Below, one piece after another: positions 10,134 to 20,763 of a stretch of 64,000 nucleotides of DNA. A model generated the notes under the pieces. The model ran no database searches. It was not told the origin of the DNA and saw only the letters and a list, made by a program, of their open reading frames with translations. Location of the stretch: contig CBDDDZ010000005.1 in the NCBI GenBank assembly GCA_965226795.1, positions 800,001 through 864,000 on the forward strand, in the 5' to 3' direction. How positions within the stretch are numbered: position 1 is the first letter of the stretch; each line of letters begins with the position of its first letter. Made by a program: the position numbers and the translations under genes. This DNA comes from Candidatus Latescibacterota bacterium. Lineage in GTDB: Bacteria > Latescibacterota > UBA2968 > GCA-2709665.

Positions 10134-13100
10134 ATGTTATCGTCGAGCGGACACCCATTCAAGGGAATCACTGTGGATCCGAGATTTCTCCTGGAAGAAG
10201 GCGTCGGGATCTTTACCGGCAATGAGCTCATTGTCAAAGGCGGACTGGAGCACCGCATGGGTATGCTGACCGGCTACCCCGGTTCTCCGGTCGCGGAGGT
10301 CTTCGACGCGGCGGAACGAATCCGGGAACTGCTGGTTGAGAAGGGTGTGGTGGTGCAGATCGCCAACAACGAAGCGCTCAGCGCCGCGCGGTTGAACGGT
10401 ACCCAGATGACGCCCGTCCGCGCTATGGCGGTGATGAAGAGTGTGGGTGTACATGTGGCGTCTGACGGACTTGCTCTGGGAAATATGGCGGGTACGGCGC
10501 CCGGGGGAGCGGCCGTGGCGGTGTTTGGCGACGATACGTGGTCCGAAGGCACCCAGGTGCCGGCCGATTCCCGGTTTATCGCCAAACATCTTTATATGCC
10601 CATACTGGAGCCGAGTACGTTCCAGGAAATAAAGGACTGGATCGGAGTCGCGTTCGATCTTTCCGAAAAAACCCGCCTTTACGTGGCCCTTCTCATTACC
10701 TCCAACCAGGCGGATGGAGGGGGCACCGTCACGGTAGGGCCGAATCGTTTCCCGGAGCTGACGCCGCATACGCCCGTAACCATCGACAGCAGGTCGATTC
10801 CGCTCGACGACCGGGTGATCATTCCCCCCAGCACGGCCATCAAGGAGGAAGATGTACTTCATCGACGGATGCCGGCGTTACTCGAATACGCCCGCGAATA
10901 CAATCTGAATCGCATTCTGTATCCGCCTGTTTCGGGGAAAAAGCGAATCGGATTCATCAGTTCCAGCCTCGCCTACTGTTACCTGGAGCACGTGATGAAT
11001 ATGGTGGGCCTGGAAGGCAGCATTCCCATTTTGAAATATGGGCTGACGCATCCCGTGGACTCTGAAATTCTGAAGGCCTTCGTGGCCCTGGTCGACGAGA
11101 TATACGTGGTGGAAGAGAAGCGCGGGTTTCTGGAAGGGCAAGTCACGGCCGCGTTGCAGGGATTGTATCAGGATGGAGAAATCGGCGCGTTCCGTATCTG
11201 GGGGAAGCGCTTTCCAAATGGTCAACCGGGTTTTCCGGACAGCAAGGGTATGAATCCATCCATTCTGCTCAAGGCCGTGGCGCCCGTGTTGTTGGGCCTG
11301 AACGACCCCACCGTGCCCATTGACCGGGAGCGGATTGCGCGGGAGGTCGACCTCGTCGACGAGACGGCCAACTTCCAGGTGCAGGCGGCCGTTCGCACCC
11401 CCTCCTTCTGCCCCGGTTGCCCGCATCGGGATTCAGCCAGTGTGTTGAATCGGGTCATCGACGATTTCAGCAGTGCGGATTATATGCGGAAACACCATCA
11501 GAGAGACCCGGCGGACCTGGTGTTTCACGGAGATATCGGTTGTTATTCCCTGTTGAAATACAAGCCCTTTGACCGGCTCATGCACAATTTGTCCGGGATG
11601 GGGTTGGGCGGGGGCACAGGTGCCGGTGTCGATCCCTATATCAACAACAAGCAGCTCGTCTTTATGGGAGACTCGACCTTTTTTCACAGCGGAATGGCGG
11701 CGATTTCCGATTCGATAAAACACGGCCAGGACATTACCTACGTCATCCTGGACAATAAGACAACGGCAATGACAGGGCACCAGCCCACGCCGGGAGTAGA
11801 CGTGGATATCCTGGGCAAGCCGACGTTCGCCCAGGATATCGAACTGATTGTGCGCGGCATGGCAGGGGCGGGGGATAGTGTGTTTATCGCGCGTAGGGAT
11901 CCGGCGGAACGGACATCCTACCGACAGATACTTGAAAGCGCGCTGTTGAAGGATGGCGTTAAGATCGTTATCGCCGACAAGGAGTGTGGAATTACGTTCC
12001 ACCGCAGGCAGCGCGCCCTGCAGAACGAGATTGTGCAGGATAGGGGATACCTGCCCGAGGAACGGCATATCAACATCACGCCGGAGGTCTGCGAATATTG
12101 CCTGGAATGCACGCGGGCAACCGGCTGCAGCGGATTGACGGTCGAGGAGACGTTGCACGGGCCCAAGATCGCCACGGATCTCTCGCTGTGTGTGGCGGAC
12201 GGAGCATGTACAAGAGTGACCGTTTCAGATGGCGATGGCACTTGCCCGTCGTTTGAGGAGGTCATTGTAAAGCGCACCCGGCCAGCGCAAAGACAGACAC
12301 AAGCAGTCGACCTTTCGAATCTGCCTGCGCCCGAAGTAAAAGCATTCCACACCACCTGGTACGCGTACATAGCCGGGGTGGGGGGCATGGGCATAAATAC
12401 CATCGCCGCGATTCTCTCCGTCGCCGGCGCCCGGCAGGGTTATACCGTTCGGTTTACCAACAAAAAGGGGCTGGCCATCCGAAACGGGTCCGTGTATTCC
12501 CATGTGAGTTTTACGAAGGGCGACCGCGTGATTTCTCAAATCACGCCCTACGGACATGCCGACTTGCTTCTCGGCCTGGATATCCTTGAGGCGGTGCGTG
12601 GGCTGGAATCCAAGGGAAACGGGCGTGTCGCCAGCCCGAGACGTACGACCGCTGTGGTCGAGACAGGCAAGCGGCACACGGTACTGACACTTACCGGAGA
12701 GGACGAATTCGATACCTCTGAACTGGAGGACGTGCTGAAGCGGCACACGAAATCCGAGGGGTATTTCGGAATGGACCTGGGGGAGATCTCGGAGCGTTTC
12801 CTGGGCAACAAGATCTATGCCAACAGCATCCTTCTCGGGGTTGCCTATCAGCGGGGCGTGTTACCGCTGAAACTGGAACACGTAAAATGGTCGATGGAGC
12901 GCAACATTAAGCGCATCGACCTCGAGTCCAATTTGAAGGCGTTTGACCTCGGGCGTAAAATCGCCGTCGATCCGGAAGTTGTCGCCGAGGAGAAACCTCC
13001 GCTTTCCTACCGGGAATTGATCGAAGATAAGGCTGGCATTCTCGAACGCGGAAAGGGCAGGAAAGCGCGCGCCCCTTATCTTGAATTGGCGTCCGCGTTG

Positions 13101-13778
13101 GAGCCGTTGGCCCTGGTCGAAGAGGATCTCCGGCAGTTCGCCCTTGGCGTATACGATCTGATGCAGTGGGACGGCGCAGACTACGCCAGGTCTTACGTGC
13201 GACGGGTGCGGAAGGTGTACAAGTACGACCGGCCGGAGGAAGGGTACGAGGCAACCCGCGCCGTCATCAGGTACCTGCCTCGGGTAATGGCTTACAAGGA
13301 TGAAGTGTACGTCGCGCATCTGCTGACGAGCGAAGAGAAGTACCGGCGCGATTGCGAGCGATACAACGTGTGCGCCGAGCGCGGAGACCGGATTGCCTAC
13401 CGCCACTTCAACCGGGGAAATTTCAATATTCTGGGGTTCAACGTTTACCTCAAACTGACAACCCGGGACTGGATGCTGAAGTTGATGAAACGCATGAAGT
13501 TCCTGCGCAAATTGATGCCGTCGTGGCATAAGGAGGAGAAGGCTTACCGCGATTGGTATATCGAGTTTGTCGATCGGTTCGAATACGATCACGAGGAACG
13601 GTACGGGGAATATGTCCGCGTGTTCCGGATGCCGGACGAGGTGCGCGGTTATCGCGAGGTGATCCGTCCCAAAATCAAGGCCGCGTATCAGGCGGCGGCT
13701 GCGATGATGAACGGCGACGGACGTCCCCCGGTTACCGAACCTTATCTTTCCATCGAGCCCGTTGCTGAACGGGTCTGA
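10134..13778 (+). CDS. Indolepyruvate:ferredoxin oxidoreductase family, fused alpha/beta subunits
   Basis: GYPGSP, MKSVG, FCPGCPHR, GDIGC, MGDSTFFHSG (TPP-binding), ferredoxin Cys cluster, AGVGGMG gamma-type domain, C-terminal YKDE...VRGY region. Confidence 0.88.
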   Translation: MLSSSGHPFKGITVDPRFLLEEGVGIFTGNELIVKGGLEHRMGMLTGYPGSPVAEVFDAAERIRELLVEKGVVVQIANNEALSAARLNGTQMTPVRAMAVMKSVGVHVASDGLALGNMAGTAPGGAAVAVFGDDTWSEGTQVPADSRFIAKHLYMPILEPSTFQEIKDWIGVAFDLSEKTRLYVALLITSNQADGGGTVTVGPNRFPELTPHTPVTIDSRSIPLDDRVIIPPSTAIKEEDVLHRRMPALLEYAREYNLNRILYPPVSGKKRIGFISSSLAYCYLEHVMNMVGLEGSIPILKYGLTHPVDSEILKAFVALVDEIYVVEEKRGFLEGQVTAALQGLYQDGEIGAFRIWGKRFPNGQPGFPDSKGMNPSILLKAVAPVLLGLNDPTVPIDRERIAREVDLVDETANFQVQAAVRTPSFCPGCPHRDSASVLNRVIDDFSSADYMRKHHQRDPADLVFHGDIGCYSLLKYKPFDRLMHNLSGMGLGGGTGAGVDPYINNKQLVFMGDSTFFHSGMAAISDSIKHGQDITYVILDNKTTAMTGHQPTPGVDVDILGKPTFAQDIELIVRGMAGAGDSVFIARRDPAERTSYRQILESALLKDGVKIVIADKECGITFHRRQRALQNEIVQDRGYLPEERHINITPEVCEYCLECTRATGCSGLTVEETLHGPKIATDLSLCVADGACTRVTVSDGDGTCPSFEEVIVKRTRPAQRQTQAVDLSNLPAPEVKAFHTTWYAYIAGVGGMGINTIAAILSVAGARQGYTVRFTNKKGLAIRNGSVYSHVSFTKGDRVISQITPYGHADLLLGLDILEAVRGLESKGNGRVASPRRTTAVVETGKRHTVLTLTGEDEFDTSELEDVLKRHTKSEGYFGMDLGEISERFLGNKIYANSILLGVAYQRGVLPLKLEHVKWSMERNIKRIDLESNLKAFDLGRKIAVDPEVVAEEKPPLSYRELIEDKAGILERGKGRKARAPYLELASALEPLALVEEDLRQFALGVYDLMQWDGADYARSYVRRVRKVYKYDRPEEGYEATRAVIRYLPRVMAYKDEVYVAHLLTSEEKYRRDCERYNVCAERGDRIAYRHFNRGNFNILGFNVYLKLTTRDWMLKLMKRMKFLRKLMPSWHKEEKAYRDWYIEFVDRFEYDHEERYGEYVRVFRMPDEVRGYREVIRPKIKAAYQAAAAMMNGDGRPPVTEPYLSIEPVAERV

Positions 13779-13842
13779 TACGGAAGGCGGTGAAGGCCTG
13801 GCAGTTTTCTCCATGCGGCCTCGCACTGTCTCGGACGGAGAT

Positions 13843-14892
13843 ATGTTGAAGGTCGGTGTAGCCGGTTTGAGGCGTGGACGAAGCCTTGCAAGTACGTTCC
13901 AGAACCATCGGGAAACGCGCTTGGCGGCAATTTGCGAACCGGATGCCCAGCGGCGGGAACATGCGGCTGAGGCATTCGGCGTCGGACAGGCGTACGCCGA
14001 TTTTGACGCATTTCTGTCGGCAGACCTGGATGTGGTTGTCGTCGCGACGCCGGCGCCTCTGCATGCGATACAATCCATTCGGGCAATGGAAGCCGGAGCG
14101 CACGTCCTGAGCGAGGTGCCGGCAGCCTGGACGCTGGAGGAAAGTGACGCGCTGGCCGGGACCGTTCGTCGCACCGGACGGATCTACATGATGGCGGAGA
14201 ATATGAACTTCTACCATTATGTTCAAGACTGGAAGACAAAAATCCAGTCGGGCGCGATCGGGCGTGTTTTCTACGCGGAAGCGGAGTATATACACGATTG
14301 CCGGAAACTGATGCGGAGCCCGGGAGGACAGCTTACTTGGCGGGCGTCGATGCCGCCCATCTACTATTGTACGCATAGCCTGGGACCGGTGCTGGATATC
14401 CTCGACGACCGTTGCGTATCGGCTGTGGGCATGTCAACCGGCACGCATACCGCACCCGAGGTCGGCTCAATTGACATGGAGGTGGGGTTGTTTCGGACGG
14501 AGAAGGGATGCGTCGTCAAGATCCTGTGCGGGTTTACCGTGACCCGGGAGCCCGCGATGCACTGGCAGATTTTCTACGGTACCGAGGGCACCCTGGAAAA
14601 TAGGCGGGCGCCGTGGGAAGAGGCCAAGATTTCCCGTTCGGGGGAGGGGACAATGGTGCCAATCCCGGCGGAAGACTCGGATCCCGATGCGCCCGATGAG
14701 GCGCTTGCGGGCGGGCACGGGACGTCGGAATATTTCATGGTGGACCGGTTCGTGGCGGCGATTACCGGGCGAGGGCCCGTACCGATAGACGTATACCGAT
14801 CGCTTGACTTCTCAACACCGGGTCTGTGTGCGCACCTGTCCGCCGAGCAGGGAAGCGTGCCGGTTGACGTTCCGGATTTCAGGGTCCATTGA
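13843..14892 (+). CDS. Gfo/Idh/MocA family oxidoreductase
   Basis: N-terminal Rossmann fold, ATPAPLH, HVLSEVP, MMAEN, YCTHSLGP, GGHG. Confidence 0.85.
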   Translation: MLKVGVAGLRRGRSLASTFQNHRETRLAAICEPDAQRREHAAEAFGVGQAYADFDAFLSADLDVVVVATPAPLHAIQSIRAMEAGAHVLSEVPAAWTLEESDALAGTVRRTGRIYMMAENMNFYHYVQDWKTKIQSGAIGRVFYAEAEYIHDCRKLMRSPGGQLTWRASMPPIYYCTHSLGPVLDILDDRCVSAVGMSTGTHTAPEVGSIDMEVGLFRTEKGCVVKILCGFTVTREPAMHWQIFYGTEGTLENRRAPWEEAKISRSGEGTMVPIPAEDSDPDAPDEALAGGHGTSEYFMVDRFVAAITGRGPVPIDVYRSLDFSTPGLCAHLSAEQGSVPVDVPDFRVH

Positions 14893-15095
14893 GTCCTGCC
14901 GTCACCGGCTGGCAGGCGCCGGAGCTGGCGGAGCGGCGTACCGCATTGCGGATCCTTGTTTGCATTCTTGAATCGGTCGACCTGATTGTGTATATTCGAC
15001 GGGTGATCAGGTGGAATTTCTGAGACGGGTCCGGTCGGAGCCACCGCGGGCCGACAGCATCGAACCCAATTTTCAATTTCCAAGGAGGGCGTGTT

Positions 15096-16241
15096 TTGGC
15101 TGCTAAAGATTGGACGACGTTCAATGCTTCGGCGAATCTGCGTGTGGTGGTCACCAAGGAGCTTCCTGGCGACCGCTGGCTGAATATTCTGGAACAGGCG
15201 GGCTGCCGCGTTGAATACAATACCTCCACCCGGATATTGCAGGTGAATGAAATCGAGGCGGCAATCGGTGATCGGTGCGACGGCGTGATCGGGCAGCTTA
15301 CCGAAGATTGGGGCGAGCCTCTCTTCTCCGCACTGAAATCGGCCGGCGGCAAGGCGTACAGCAACTATGCGGTCGGTTTCAACAATGTGGATGTGGATGC
15401 GGCCACGCAGAATGGAATCCCGGTGGGAAATACACCCGGCGTGTTGACGGAGACCACCGCGGAGATGGCAGCTGCCCTTACGTTCTCGGCCGCGCGTCGC
15501 GTGGTGGAGGCCGATGAATACATGCGTGGCGGCAGGTACGAGGGATGGCTGCCTACCCTGTTCCTGGGGCAGTTGCTGAACCGGAAGACCGTGGGCGTGG
15601 TCGGTGCGGGGCGGATCGGCGCGACCTATGCCCGCATGATGGTCGAAGGTTTCAAGATGAACTTTATCTATTACGATCCCTATCCCAACGAGAGGCTCGA
15701 GAACTACATTCGGGATTACGCCGCGTTCCTGGAGGGGCAGGGTGAAGAGCCTGTTGGCGTTACCAGAGCGGACTCCGTGGCCGAGGTGTTGCGCGAGGCC
15801 GACGTGGTCAGCCTGCATCCGCTTCTCGATCCGACGACCCACCACCTGATGAACGAGGAAACTCTGAACCTGATGAAACGTGATGCGATTCTCGTGAATG
15901 CCAGCCGGGGCCCCGTCATCGACGAAAGCGCGCTCGTGGCGCACTGCAGGAAAAATCCCGACTTCCGCGTCGGGCTCGATGTCTTCGAAAATGAGCCGGA
16001 AATGAAACCCGGGTTGAATGAGTTGAACAACGTTGTGATTGTTCCCCACATCGCGTCGGCAACGAGTTGGACCCGTGAAGGCATGGCGACGCTCGCCGCT
16101 AGCAACGTGGCCGGCATTTTGAGGGGCTTTCCCACGTGGGCGGACCAGGACGACATACTGCCGTTTTTGGACGACAAGGCGCCCAACGCGTGTCCGAGTA
16201 TTGTGAATGCAAAGGAACTGGGACTGCCGGTCGCCGGGTAG
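15096..16241 (+). CDS. Hydroxypyruvate reductase / D-glycerate dehydrogenase, plant HPR1-like
   Basis: CDGVIGQLTEDWGE, NTPGVLTETTAE, GAGRIG, MMVEGFKMN, GLDVFENEP, PHIASA, TREGMATLAA. Confidence 0.88.
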   Translation: MAAKDWTTFNASANLRVVVTKELPGDRWLNILEQAGCRVEYNTSTRILQVNEIEAAIGDRCDGVIGQLTEDWGEPLFSALKSAGGKAYSNYAVGFNNVDVDAATQNGIPVGNTPGVLTETTAEMAAALTFSAARRVVEADEYMRGGRYEGWLPTLFLGQLLNRKTVGVVGAGRIGATYARMMVEGFKMNFIYYDPYPNERLENYIRDYAAFLEGQGEEPVGVTRADSVAEVLREADVVSLHPLLDPTTHHLMNEETLNLMKRDAILVNASRGPVIDESALVAHCRKNPDFRVGLDVFENEPEMKPGLNELNNVVIVPHIASATSWTREGMATLAASNVAGILRGFPTWADQDDILPFLDDKAPNACPSIVNAKELGLPVAG

Positions 16242-16342
16242 TTGAGCTGGTCCAAATGCGGAATATCAGGAGTACAGCGGCGGGGTTCTGCGCAAACAAG
16301 GCGTGAAATCCCGCCGCTCTGTTTATTCTGGCACGCCGTCGG

Positions 16343-17200
16343 TCACTCCGTTATCTTTGCGATTGCAATTCCGGATTCACCGGCAACCGAGTAGAGGAGA
16401 TAGGTGTCGTGGCCCTCCCGGTAGATCCCGGGATCGCGAAGCTGTCGCACCCGCTCGGGGGACCATCCGCGCTTCGAGGGTTGCAAAGGCAGGTCCGTGC
16501 CTTCGTAGACGGTTTCAGGTTCGAGGACGACCTCAGCCTTTGACGCCCGCCAGTTCATCCAGTCCGGTGTCAGGTCGACTCTGGACAGCAGAATGCGTTC
16601 GGGGCAATCGTGCGCGTTGGAATAGAAGACCGAGAGGGTGTTGTCATCCAGTTTCAGGGCGGTGTGGCGCTGGTCTTCGGAAAATAGCACGGGACCCGGC
16701 CGGAAGTCCGTGAGGCCATCCCGCGATCGATAGAAGATGCCGGGCATGCCCAGCGCGTACGTTGCGCCCCGCCATTGAAAGACCCGGAAGTAGGAATTGC
16801 CGAGATCTTCCGGGCGGGCCGTGAAGTGAACGCCGTCGGCAGACAGCGCGACTTTGGACTGTTGGCCACGGCCCGGTACCGGGCCGTGATAATACATTCT
16901 GATTTCACGATTCTCGTTGTCTACGTGGACGTCCGGCGAGGCGAGGTGGCCGGTCGTGTAGGCGTCGTGCAGGTGCAGCACACCCGGTTCGTAAGTGGTC
17001 CATGGGCCGGAGAGACGGTCCGAATAGGCAAGGCGGATGTACTCGCCTCGATGGTGGCCGAAATAGAGATAATACTTACCGAGGGCGTTCGGGAGCCAGT
17101 CGGGAGTCAGGACGAGCGATGGACCGTTGATGTTGGCTCCCATCCGGGAGTCCATCTGCGGGCGGACGATCGGGTTGTTCGGAAGGCGTTCAACGCGCAT
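16343..17200 (-). CDS. Five-bladed beta-propeller glycosidase-like hypothetical protein
   Basis: NINGPS, YYLYFGHH, HLASPDV, QLRDPGIY, LLYSVAGE. Start set at MRVERLPNNP. Confidence 0.6.
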   Translation of the reverse strand: MRVERLPNNPIVRPQMDSRMGANINGPSLVLTPDWLPNALGKYYLYFGHHRGEYIRLAYSDRLSGPWTTYEPGVLHLHDAYTTGHLASPDVHVDNENREIRMYYHGPVPGRGQQSKVALSADGVHFTARPEDLGNSYFRVFQWRGATYALGMPGIFYRSRDGLTDFRPGPVLFSEDQRHTALKLDDNTLSVFYSNAHDCPERILLSRVDLTPDWMNWRASKAEVVLEPETVYEGTDLPLQPSKRGWSPERVRQLRDPGIYREGHDTYLLYSVAGESGIAIAKITE

Positions 17201-17222
17201 AGACAATGTCTCCCTGAATTCT

Positions 17223-18272
17223 GTGGGTAAATGCCGCCGACCGCGGCGCTCCGGACTGTGCGGTCTTTCACCTGAACCGGGTTTTGAAGTTATCGAAAAT
17301 AGTTTCAACAGACGCCTGTCGGTAGCGCCGATGATGGATTGGACGGACAGGCACGAACGGTATTTCCTGAGGTTGTTCTCCCGGTACATACTGCTTTATT
17401 CCGAGATGATTACCGTGGATGCCGTCCTCCGTGGTCGACGCGAGCAGCTTCTGAAACATCATCGCCGGGAGCATCCGGTGGCGCTTCAACTGGGAGGAAG
17501 CGACCCGGCGGCGCTGGCGCGCTGTGCGCAGATCGGAGAAGACCTCAGGTACGACGAGATCAATCTGAACGTGGGATGCCCGAGCGACCGCGTGCAGGCC
17601 GGGCGGTTCGGCGCGTGCCTCATGGCGGAGCCCGACCTGGTCGCCCGGTGCGTGGCGGCGATGCGCGAAGCGGTTGTGATTCCGGTAACCGTTAAGACAA
17701 GGATCGGAATTGATGGTCGGGATTCATACGCCAACCTCGTAAATTTCGTACGCGCCGTTTCCGGCGGCGGATGCCGGACCTTTGTCATCCACGCCAGAAA
17801 GGCCTGGCTGCAGGGGTTGAGTCCAAAGCAGAACCGTGAGATCCCGCCATTGCGATACGACGTCGTGTATCGGTTGAAACAGGACTTCCCGGACCTCGAG
17901 GTGATTCTGAACGGAGGAATCACGACCCGAGAACAGGTGCGTCTGCACCTCGAAAACGTAGATGGCGTCATGATCGGACGCGAGGCCTATCAGAATCCCT
18001 ATTTCCTGGCTTCCATGGATCAGATGTTCTACGGCGATACGCGTCCGGTGCCCGGGCGTCGGGAGATTCTGGATCGTTTCTGCGAGTACGTCGAAGATCA
18101 GTTGCACCAGGGGATGCCGCTGGGTGGCATGACGCGGCACATCCAAGGCCTCTTCCAGGGGATGCCGGGGGCTCGCGCCTGGCGCCGTCATCTGAGTGAG
18201 AACGCGCACAGGCCGGGATCGGGTGTGGAGGTGATTCAGCAAGCCGCGAGGTTCGTCCAGGGGCCGTCATAG
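17223..18272 (+). CDS. dusA: tRNA dihydrouridine(20/20a) synthase
   Basis: SVAPMMDWTDRH, NLNVGCPSDRVQAGRFGACLM, HARKAWLQGLSPKQNREIPPL. Start uncertain (between 17223 and 17331). Confidence 0.9.
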   Translation: MGKCRRPRRSGLCGLSPEPGFEVIENSFNRRLSVAPMMDWTDRHERYFLRLFSRYILLYSEMITVDAVLRGRREQLLKHHRREHPVALQLGGSDPAALARCAQIGEDLRYDEINLNVGCPSDRVQAGRFGACLMAEPDLVARCVAAMREAVVIPVTVKTRIGIDGRDSYANLVNFVRAVSGGGCRTFVIHARKAWLQGLSPKQNREIPPLRYDVVYRLKQDFPDLEVILNGGITTREQVRLHLENVDGVMIGREAYQNPYFLASMDQMFYGDTRPVPGRREILDRFCEYVEDQLHQGMPLGGMTRHIQGLFQGMPGARAWRRHLSENAHRPGSGVEVIQQAARFVQGPS

Positions 18273-18317
18273 GTCGCTGAGAACCGCACCGCGTATGAGA
18301 GACCCTTCCCCGTATGC

Positions 18318-19103
18318 TTACTTTCGCACCGCCTGCCGGCAGGCTGCGACCACGTCGCCGTGGGATGTCGTGTATCCGATGTTGACTTCCGTGTCGATTA
18401 CGGCCGCCCGCGACAGGTCCAGGTTTTCGGATGTGTCCGCGACTTCAATGGCCGAGGTGCAGTCCCTGATAAGGATGATGTCGTAGCCGCGGTCCTTCAA
18501 TGCCCTCATACCGTAGTCCCTGAAGGGAACGCACATATTGGCGGCGAAGCCGGCGTAGAACAGGTGCAGGATCCCCCTGTGTTTCAGGAGGCGGTGCAGT
18601 TGGGCACCGCTAACGATAACGTCGTCGCCGTCGCGGGGTTCGGCTTCGGGAATGATGCGGCGGTTCTTGATAATCTCTTCGAAGACCTGATCGTGCGGAT
18701 CCTTTGGCTGTGCGAACACTTCATATTCGCCCGTTCTGGAACGGAATTCCGCGGGCGGCCAGTCGTCGCGGGGCTGCGACGGACGGCCGAAGACTTCCTC
18801 GTCGCCCGCAAAACGGGTCCACGACGCATAGCGTTTGGCGCAGTCCGGGCTGGGCGCGTGGATTACGGCCGCGCCGACGGATCGGAAGGCGTCCGCAACG
18901 GGAAGAATACGTTCAAGTGTGATGTTCCTTCCCCGCTCCAGGTGGGTGGACACAAAGTGGTCGCTCCACACGTCTACCAGCACCAGCGCGATCCGGTTCA
19001 CCGGGTATTCGTGGCGCAGGATTTTGAGATGGAAGTCTTCCTCTTTAACGTAGGCCTTCCTGGTGAGGTGGTAATACCGGACATCCAGTCGAATGGACTT
19101 CAT
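18318..19103 (-). CDS. Isochorismatase/cysteine hydrolase family protein
   Basis: ALVLVDVW, VIHAPS, YAGFAANMCV, IRDCT. Confidence 0.75.
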   Translation of the reverse strand: MKSIRLDVRYYHLTRKAYVKEEDFHLKILRHEYPVNRIALVLVDVWSDHFVSTHLERGRNITLERILPVADAFRSVGAAVIHAPSPDCAKRYASWTRFAGDEEVFGRPSQPRDDWPPAEFRSRTGEYEVFAQPKDPHDQVFEEIIKNRRIIPEAEPRDGDDVIVSGAQLHRLLKHRGILHLFYAGFAANMCVPFRDYGMRALKDRGYDIILIRDCTSAIEVADTSENLDLSRAAVIDTEVNIGYTTSHGDVVAACRQAVRK

Positions 19104-19332
19104 AGGGGTCCCTTTCGGTACTTGGCGGCGATTATTAACCTCCGAATGCATGTGCAATATGGGAACGATCAACTAACGGTGTCAAGGGTAACCCGCGGCA
19201 GGGCGGTCACCTGCATTGGATTTCCCCCGTGGGCACGGCAGAGTTCAGCGGGCTGGCGCGAATCAGGTGCGACGTGGCTGTACCACTCTGGTCAGGGGCG
19301 GTTTATCCATTGGGAGAAAGGCGGTATCTGCG

Positions 19333-20703
19333 ATGAAGAGAGAACACATATGGGCGCATCATGAGTGGGATGCAACGATTAACTGGAAAGTGATGGAGGG
19401 CGGTTATGCAGACCTGCAGAGCGTGAGACCCGGTGAGGAGATCACATTTCACATTTCAAACTCACGTTCGTACTACGAAATATTAATCTTCCGGGAAGGT
19501 GCCACGCGGGAGTTGGTCAAGACAATCGAGGGACTGCGCGGAACCCTTCAGGAGGTCCCGGAGTTGGGCTATCAGAATGGATACGGGTGGGCGCCCACGG
19601 TGTCGTTCGTCATTCCGGATACCTGGAAGAGCGGAATCTATATTGCAACTTTCCCCACCGGACAGGGGCTGCGGGAGATCCTTTTCGTATTACGCCCCAG
19701 GTCTCCGGAATCGCCAATGTTGCTGACGGTTGCGACAAATACCTACCAGGCCTACAACAACGTGGGCGGAAAGTGTTTCTACGACTATATTTCCACCGAT
19801 CGGCAGCACGCCAAGTTACTGAGTTTCGAACGCCCCCTTCAGATGGAATGTCTGGGCAACTTCTATATCTGGGATCAGTTTTTCACATCCTGGATGGATT
19901 CGGCGGGGTACCGCGTCGATTATTGTGTGAACGGCGACCACGACGCGGAACCCGATATTCTGAAAGACTACCGGGCGAATGTGCGCTTCTGTCACGATGA
20001 GTACAACAGCCGGAACGAGTGCGAACAGTTGCAGCGATTCGTTAAGGATGGGGGCAATCTGATTCTGTTCGGGGGGAATTGTTTCTGCCAGGAGATCGAG
20101 TTGAGGAATCAGGGTAGGCAGATCTATTGTGCGAAGCCCTACTATCACGATCATCCGACGCCGGAACGGCCGGAGACGTCGTTTCTGTGTTTCCTGGACG
20201 ATCTGCGCCAGCGCACGATCGGTGTGTTCTACACGTCGTTTGTCCACACAAAGACACCCGATCCGAATGTGTTTCTGGCGCCCACTACAGAGGACTGGGG
20301 ATACTACCGTGTGTGCGAACCGGACCACTGGGTGTTTGAGGGAACAGGATTGGCCGAGGGGGACGAATTCGGACGTGAGGATTCGATCGTTGGCGTGGAG
20401 GCGGATGCGGCGGACCTGAAATTCGAAAATGGACGGCCGCGGTACACCGGCACGGATGGCGTGTCGCCGGAATATAGAATTGTGGCCATTGCGGATTGTA
20501 TGACGCCCGACGGGCACCGGCTGGTGAAGGAGGGTGGGAAAGAGGGCGTCGCGCGGTGCTACGGCACGGTGGCCATCAACGAAACGGAGTACAAGGGTAC
20601 GGTATTCAATGCCGCGACAATCGAGTGGGCGCACGGGCTGTACCGTGATGGTAGCGTGGTGGCGACGATTACGCGAAACGTACTCGACAGGTTGGCGACA
20701 TAA
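19333..20703 (+). CDS. N,N-dimethylformamidase beta-subunit family domain protein
   Basis: SVRPGEEITFHIS, WKSGIY, TNTYQAYNNVGG, SFERP, HDEY, GGNL, VGVEAD, VFNAATIEW, ITRNVL. Confidence 0.75.
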   Translation: MKREHIWAHHEWDATINWKVMEGGYADLQSVRPGEEITFHISNSRSYYEILIFREGATRELVKTIEGLRGTLQEVPELGYQNGYGWAPTVSFVIPDTWKSGIYIATFPTGQGLREILFVLRPRSPESPMLLTVATNTYQAYNNVGGKCFYDYISTDRQHAKLLSFERPLQMECLGNFYIWDQFFTSWMDSAGYRVDYCVNGDHDAEPDILKDYRANVRFCHDEYNSRNECEQLQRFVKDGGNLILFGGNCFCQEIELRNQGRQIYCAKPYYHDHPTPERPETSFLCFLDDLRQRTIGVFYTSFVHTKTPDPNVFLAPTTEDWGYYRVCEPDHWVFEGTGLAEGDEFGREDSIVGVEADAADLKFENGRPRYTGTDGVSPEYRIVAIADCMTPDGHRLVKEGGKEGVARCYGTVAINETEYKGTVFNAATIEWAHGLYRDGSVVATITRNVLDRLAT

Positions 20704-20763
20704 CACGGGTCGATTGCGATCCCCGACTCATTTGATCGGAAATCTTCAAACCGGGTATCTCCA

